NCBI GenBank assembly: GCA_951406725.2
Contig: OX597840.1
Location: forward strand, 20,212,001 to 20,276,000
Direction of reading: 5' to 3'
DNA length: 64,000 nt
DNA from: Octopus vulgaris
Taxonomy: Eukaryota
In this document: piece after piece, positions 25,214-64,000 of the stretch
Layout of the letters: the number at the start of each line of letters is the position of its first letter
Numbering within the stretch: the first letter of the stretch is position 1
Notes under the pieces: model-generated
The model's input: the letters and a program-made list of their open reading frames with translations, nothing else
Told to the model about the DNA's origin: nothing
Database searches by the model: none
Translations under genes and position numbers: made by a program

Positions 25214-25580
25214 CGGCGTAGTAGTGGCTGCGTGGTAAGTAGCTTGCTTACCAACCACATGGTTCCGGGTTCTGTCCCACTGCGTGGCACCTTGGGCAAG
25301 TGTCTTCTACTATAAAGCCTTGCGAGTGGATTTGGTAGACGGAAACTGAAAGAATCCCGTCGTATATATATATATATATGTTTGTGTGTCCGTGTTTGTC
25401 TTACAACCGATGCTGGTGTGTTTACGTCCCCGTAATCTAGCGGTTCTGCAGAAGAGACCGATAGAATAAGTACTAGGCTTACAAAGAATAAGTCCTGAGG
25501 TCGATTTGCTCGACTAAAGGCGGTGCTCCAGCATGGCCACAGTCAAATGACTGAAACAAGTAAAACAGAGTAAAGAGTAA
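25214..25580 (+). mobile_element. tRNA-derived SINE family A (many copies, e.g. 4862, 10037, 18577, 29772, 61682 on +; 25620, 28215, 33781, 45680 on -)
   Basis: A-box TGGCTGTGTGGTAAG, B-box-like GGTTCAGTCCC, central (TA)n, (GAGTAAA)n tail. Confidence 0.85.
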
Positions 25581-25619
25581 AATATTGTTAAAATATATTT
25601 TGTGCATTGCAGAGATATA

Positions 25620-26033
25620 TACTCTTTACTCTTTTACTTGTTTCAGTCATTTGACTGCGGCCATGCTGGAGCACCGCCTTTAGTCGAGCAAATCGACCCC
25701 AGGACTTATTCTTTGTAAACCCAGTACTTATTCTATCGGTCTCTTTTGCCGAACCGCTAAGTGACGGGGATGTAAACACACCAGCATCGGTTGTCAAGCA
25801 ATGCTAGGGGGACAAACACAGACACACAAACATATACACACACATACATATATATATATATACATATATATGATGGGCTTCTTTCAGTTTCCGTCTACCA
25901 AATCCACTCACAAGGCATTGGTCGGCCCCAGGCTATAGCAGAAGACACTTGCCCAAGATGCCATGCAGTGGGACTGAACCCGCAACCATGTGGTTGGTTA
26001 GCAAGCTACTTACCACATAGCCACTCCTGTGCC
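25620..26033 (-). mobile_element. SINE family A, inverted relative to the adjacent copy
   Basis: Reverse complement of 25214-25580. Confidence 0.85.
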
Positions 26034-26131
26034 TGTTGTTGCGGTTATTTTTATTTTCATAAATAATTTTTTATATTTCTTTTAACTTTTTTTTTTTTTT
26101 TGTTTTTTTTTTTTGCAGAACTTCATCAATC

Positions 26132-59688
<33,557 letters not shown>

Positions 59689-60439
59689 AAGACAAAAGGA
59701 AAAAAAAATAATGAAAATACAAAAAAAAAAAAAAAAAAAAAATTTCCAGGGGAAATTCTGTTGGAGAATGGATTTGAACCTGCGAAGTGCAGCTGTAAAA
59801 AAAAAAAATCTACACAAACACCCTTACCCCAACCACTTCCAGCTTTTTGTTTAAAATCTTTGATCCCCGACTGGAAGGTTCTGGGATTAAGAAGAAAATA
59901 GGTGACAACCGCCAAAGAATTAAAGAAATTTGTATTTGTTTAGGGGTGGGGTTGTATTTAGGGTAATGTCAGAGGTTCAGTTCTTCACATGTGTACATAA
60001 ACCATTCCATGGGGTGGGAGTGGGGTGGCAGAATGGTAGAATTTTGGACTAGGTGTTTTATGAAGTTTTTTTATTCTCTCTCTCTCTCTCTCTCAGTTCT
60101 GGGTTAAAAATCCTGCCAAAGTTTGTCTTCTGTGCTCTTTGGCGGTTGATAAGATGACAGGCCGGCGGGATGGGGGGGGGGTGTCCTGTGTATCAATAAG
60201 ATCCTTAGAATTTAATTTCATGGATGAGGCTTTGACTTAACCTCTTAATTCATGGTTTTGTGTTAGTGTGAGGACATTATTATTATTATTATTAAAAGGT
60301 TGGTGGATTGGCAGAGTTGGTCACATGCTTACTCTGTGGTATTTGTTTAGGACTCTTTTTATGATCTGAGTTCAAATCCTATCAGGGTCACCTTCACCTT
60401 CCATGCTCCTCTGTATGTCAATATATATACATATCTGTG

Positions 60440-60477
<38 letters not shown>

Positions 60478-60488
60478 CACACACACAA

Positions 60489-60538
<50 letters not shown>

Positions 60539-60628
60539 ATACCACATACATATACTACTCATTCTCTCTCACGCCATCACTGATACATTTCTTATAATAT
60601 TCATGTTATTTACAGAATCCTTTCATAA

Positions 60629-60634
60629 AATAAA
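60629..60634 (+). terminator. Candidate polyadenylation signal of EFTUD2
   Basis: AATAAA followed ~25 nt later by a GT/T-rich tract; ~0.95 kb after the stop. Confidence 0.45.
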
Positions 60635-62289
60635 TGCATTTCATAAAAATACAATCTGAGTTGTTATTTTCTTGCATTTTTGTAATTTTTTAATTTTTCT
60701 TGTCTTTTCCATTCTTCTGTATTCTAGGTGACTATTTGAACATAAATCAGATTAAATATTTTGGCCGGATATGGCTGGTTTAAATACTAAAGGGTTAATT
60801 GTCCACCCTCTGTGCTGACATGGATGAGACAGTTTGACAGGAACTGACCAGGCAGAATCCGACACCAGACGTCTGTGACTGTTTTGGCTGGATGCCCTTC
60901 CTAACACCAACCACCCACCCAGCAGAGTGGACTTAGTGGTTTTTACATGGCACAAGCAAGATCAATATTTGAATTTAAGTACATCAAATACAAAATATGC
61001 AAAACAAGGTAAAGCAAAGGGTGGAGACATTCCGATGATGAATTTTTAAGTATTTGCCAGCCTCGCCTGGCCTCCGTGCCGGTGGCACGTAAAAAGCTCC
61101 GTCCGATCGTGGTTGTTGCCAGCCTCGCCTGGCACCTGTGCCAGTGGCACGTAAAAAGCACCCACTACATTCATGGAGTGGTTGGCGTTAGGAAGGGCAT
61201 CCAGCTATAGAAACACTGCCAGATCAGACTGGGCCTGGTGCAGCCTTCTGGCTTCCCAGACACCAGTTGCACCATCCAGCATGGAAAGCGGACGCTAAAC
61301 GATGATGATATAGGTCCAACTTGCACAGAGTAAAAACAATGGAGAAAATTAAAGGGGTGGGTGAAAGGTATTATAAGTACAACAGCTGTTTCTGGTGGCT
61401 CAGACCCATAATAATGTTGGTTGATTTAGTTCATCACAATATGCAGCTGTATGGATGCAATTAACATAAGACAAGCCTCCATCATCAGGGTAGAGAAGAT
61501 CTTACATCTCATGCCTTACCACAAGGAAGTTCTCTGCATCAAGCTCTGAAACACACATACATATAGCATATAGTTCTTTAGCAAGGGAAGTTGCTAATAA
61601 AAACGTCAATACTCTAATGATTGGACTGAATCATTAATCCAGTAAGCATGAAATACCTCTGTGCAATAAGAGGCAACAACACAGGAGTGGCTGTGTGGTA
61701 AGTAGCTTGCTTACAAACCACATGGTTCCGGGTTCAGTCCCACTGCGTGGCATCTTGGGCAAGTGTCTTCTGCTATAGCCCCGGGCCGACCAATGCCTTG
61801 TGAGTGGATTTGGTAGACGGAAACTGAAAGAAGCCCGTCGTATATATGTATATATATATATATATATGTATGTGTGTTTGTCTCCCTAGCATTGCTTGAC
61901 AACCGATGCTGGTGTGTTTACGTCCCCGTCACATAGCGGTTCGGCAAAAGAGACCGATAGAATAAGTACTGGGCTTACAAAGAATAAGTCCCGGGGTCAA
62001 TTTGCTCAACTAAAGGCGGTGCTCTAGCATGGCCGCAGTCAAATGACTGAAATAAGTAAAAGAGTAAAGGGTAACACTCGTGAATGACTTCACGTTCAAG
62101 GTTTTATTCCAACTTGAGTATACAATGTTCAATAAAGATTTCTGGGAAGAAGAAAGGTTTTGAACAACTAGCCATGTGGCTTTATGGACGTGAAACTCAA
62201 GGTAACCTCATAGACTTACCATAACTATCTTTATCTAATTATTCTGCTACTTAATAACTTAGACTGTGCTTCTCTTCTGGATTTACCAT

Positions 62290-62680
62290 TTACCGACGAT
62301 ACAAACAATAACTCTGAGCACCTTTTCAAACTCTACCTGTCTCACACCCATGGACATATTTACAAAGTCAGAAAACAGCACAGCTCCCATGACTTTCAGA
62401 AACATTTTTTCACGCTAAGAGTTGCTGAAGTATGGAACAAACTGCCGGCGTCAGTTGTTAGTTGTCGGAGCACTGCATCCTTCAAAACTTCCATGCTTCC
62501 TGAGATTCGCCAACACTACACCCGATCTTCTCCCCTCCATACACACACAAGCAAGTATCTGACTCATACACTGTTCACTTCCCAGACATTTGTACATTAT
62601 TGCAAAGGCTTTACACACACTTTCTGACAAGTTGTGGTGCACCTGAGCACTGTATACAATAATTTCATTATATTATTATT
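62290..62680 (+). mobile_element. CR1/L2-type LINE 3' fragment
   Basis: HGHIYKVRKQH...HFFTLRVAEVWNKLPASVV...FK peptide; (ATT)n tail. Confidence 0.7.
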
Positions 62681-63623
62681 ATGATATATACATGTGTATG
62701 TGTGTATGTATGTATGTGTGTGTGTGTTTATGGTAGGCTTCCACATAGTTTTCCTAAATAAAATTCACTTAAGGCTTTGATCAGCTCAGGGCTACATTAG
62801 AAGATGCTGGCCAAAGATTCTGAACTTGAGAAGGGGAAATGGTCTTAAGATTCAAGAACTCTTAAAATGGAAATGACATTAGGGATAGGGACAGTCTTAT
62901 TGTCTATAAATAAGGGGACAGTTGAGGACGTATTTCTGGCTCAGCAGCCCTCATCAGCACAAGAATTATCCGAATTTATTCTCAATAGCCAAGGAACTTA
63001 GACTCATACAAAATCAAGTAAAAAAAAAACAACATAATCTTAAGATTATCTACACTTTTTAAGTGAAGTTCATCTCATCATATCGGTTTACAAACTGATT
63101 AAATCATTAAAGACTTCGCAAAGCATGCCTGCAAAATACTATATTAAGTATTTAAATGCACTAAATAACGTTAGTGTGTTTCTAGAAATAAATCTGTCAA
63201 AAAGACTAAAGCCTCCATTTACTTTTGAGGTGAATGAATAGGAAATACGAAAATAAACGATAAATTTTATTACGTCTAAAAATATATATATATTGGTATA
63301 TATAATTAATGTTTGATTCTTTAGTGATCAAATATTAATTATATATTTTATATATGTAATTATATATTAATTATACATTATATATTAATTATACATTTTC
63401 TATATGTAATTATATATCATGTAACACATTCTACCAGTATACGAAGTTTAAAAGTGTTCAGTTACAAAGAAAGTGTTTTTTAAATCTGCCGGTCAAAGCG
63501 AAAAGATCCAATATTTAGATAAAATATATTTAAGTTAGAAACTACATTTATATATCGAATTGGTTTTTGTTTTGTTTTTTTATCGTACGAAACTTCTGCT
63601 GTGAAACGTCAACTGATGTAAAC

Positions 63624-63677
63624 ATGGCAGCCCTGATCAAGAAACGGGCCTTGGCCGAATACAGCCAAGTTGTTCAG
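63624..63677 (+). CDS. Possible first coding exon of a downstream gene (MAALIKKRALAEYSQVVQ)
   Basis: AACATGG Kozak-like start after an AT-rich stretch; CAG|GTATTT donor; product not recognised. Confidence 0.45.
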
Positions 63678-64000
63678 GTATTTCCTCTCGTCCACCTTAA
63701 CCTTCAATCTTTCTTATGGGTTCACATAACACACGTCCTTTTCATACACAGTATCGCTGAAAATTGGCCAGGTTTGTGTCCTTTAAGGGGGTTATAAGAT
63801 CTTCTCAGACACAGAGGATGACACATCGAATCCCGAAAGAGCCACGACGTAGTTGCGCCTCATGTTAGAAATAGCAGCTAAATCTCCCTTAAACCACACT
63901 CTACCACCGTGATAAAACGTGTAGGACTGTTTGGATGATGTAGTCTTAGATACAGTGAAACGCATCTCATAATCAAATAATTACTCGATCATTATATGAA

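Overview
Repeat-rich eukaryotic DNA, most likely octopus or another coleoid cephalopod (inferred from the SINE families and microsatellite load). Two spliced genes lie head-to-head. The minus strand carries a WRN-like RecQ helicase: 17 coding exons, ATG at 21608, ~628 aa in the window, running off the left edge in the RQC region, with no N-terminal exonuclease domain visible. The plus strand carries a complete EFTUD2/Snu114 U5 snRNP GTPase: 27 coding exons, 26132-59688, 972 aa by my exon arithmetic. A possible first exon of a third gene lies at 63624. Introns hold tRNA-derived SINEs, RTE and CR1 LINE fragments, piggyBac/hAT MITEs, Helitron/Helentron elements and minisatellites. The main unexplained signal is a set of minimal type-I hammerhead ribozyme motifs with palindromic stem III in unrelated, inverted-repeat-bounded (Penelope/retrozyme-like) inserts. 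The best one, at 43807-43849, carries the compensatory U3-A8 core in a highly structured ~260 nt unit on the EFTUD2 sense strand. All calls were made by eye, with no database search or folding software.
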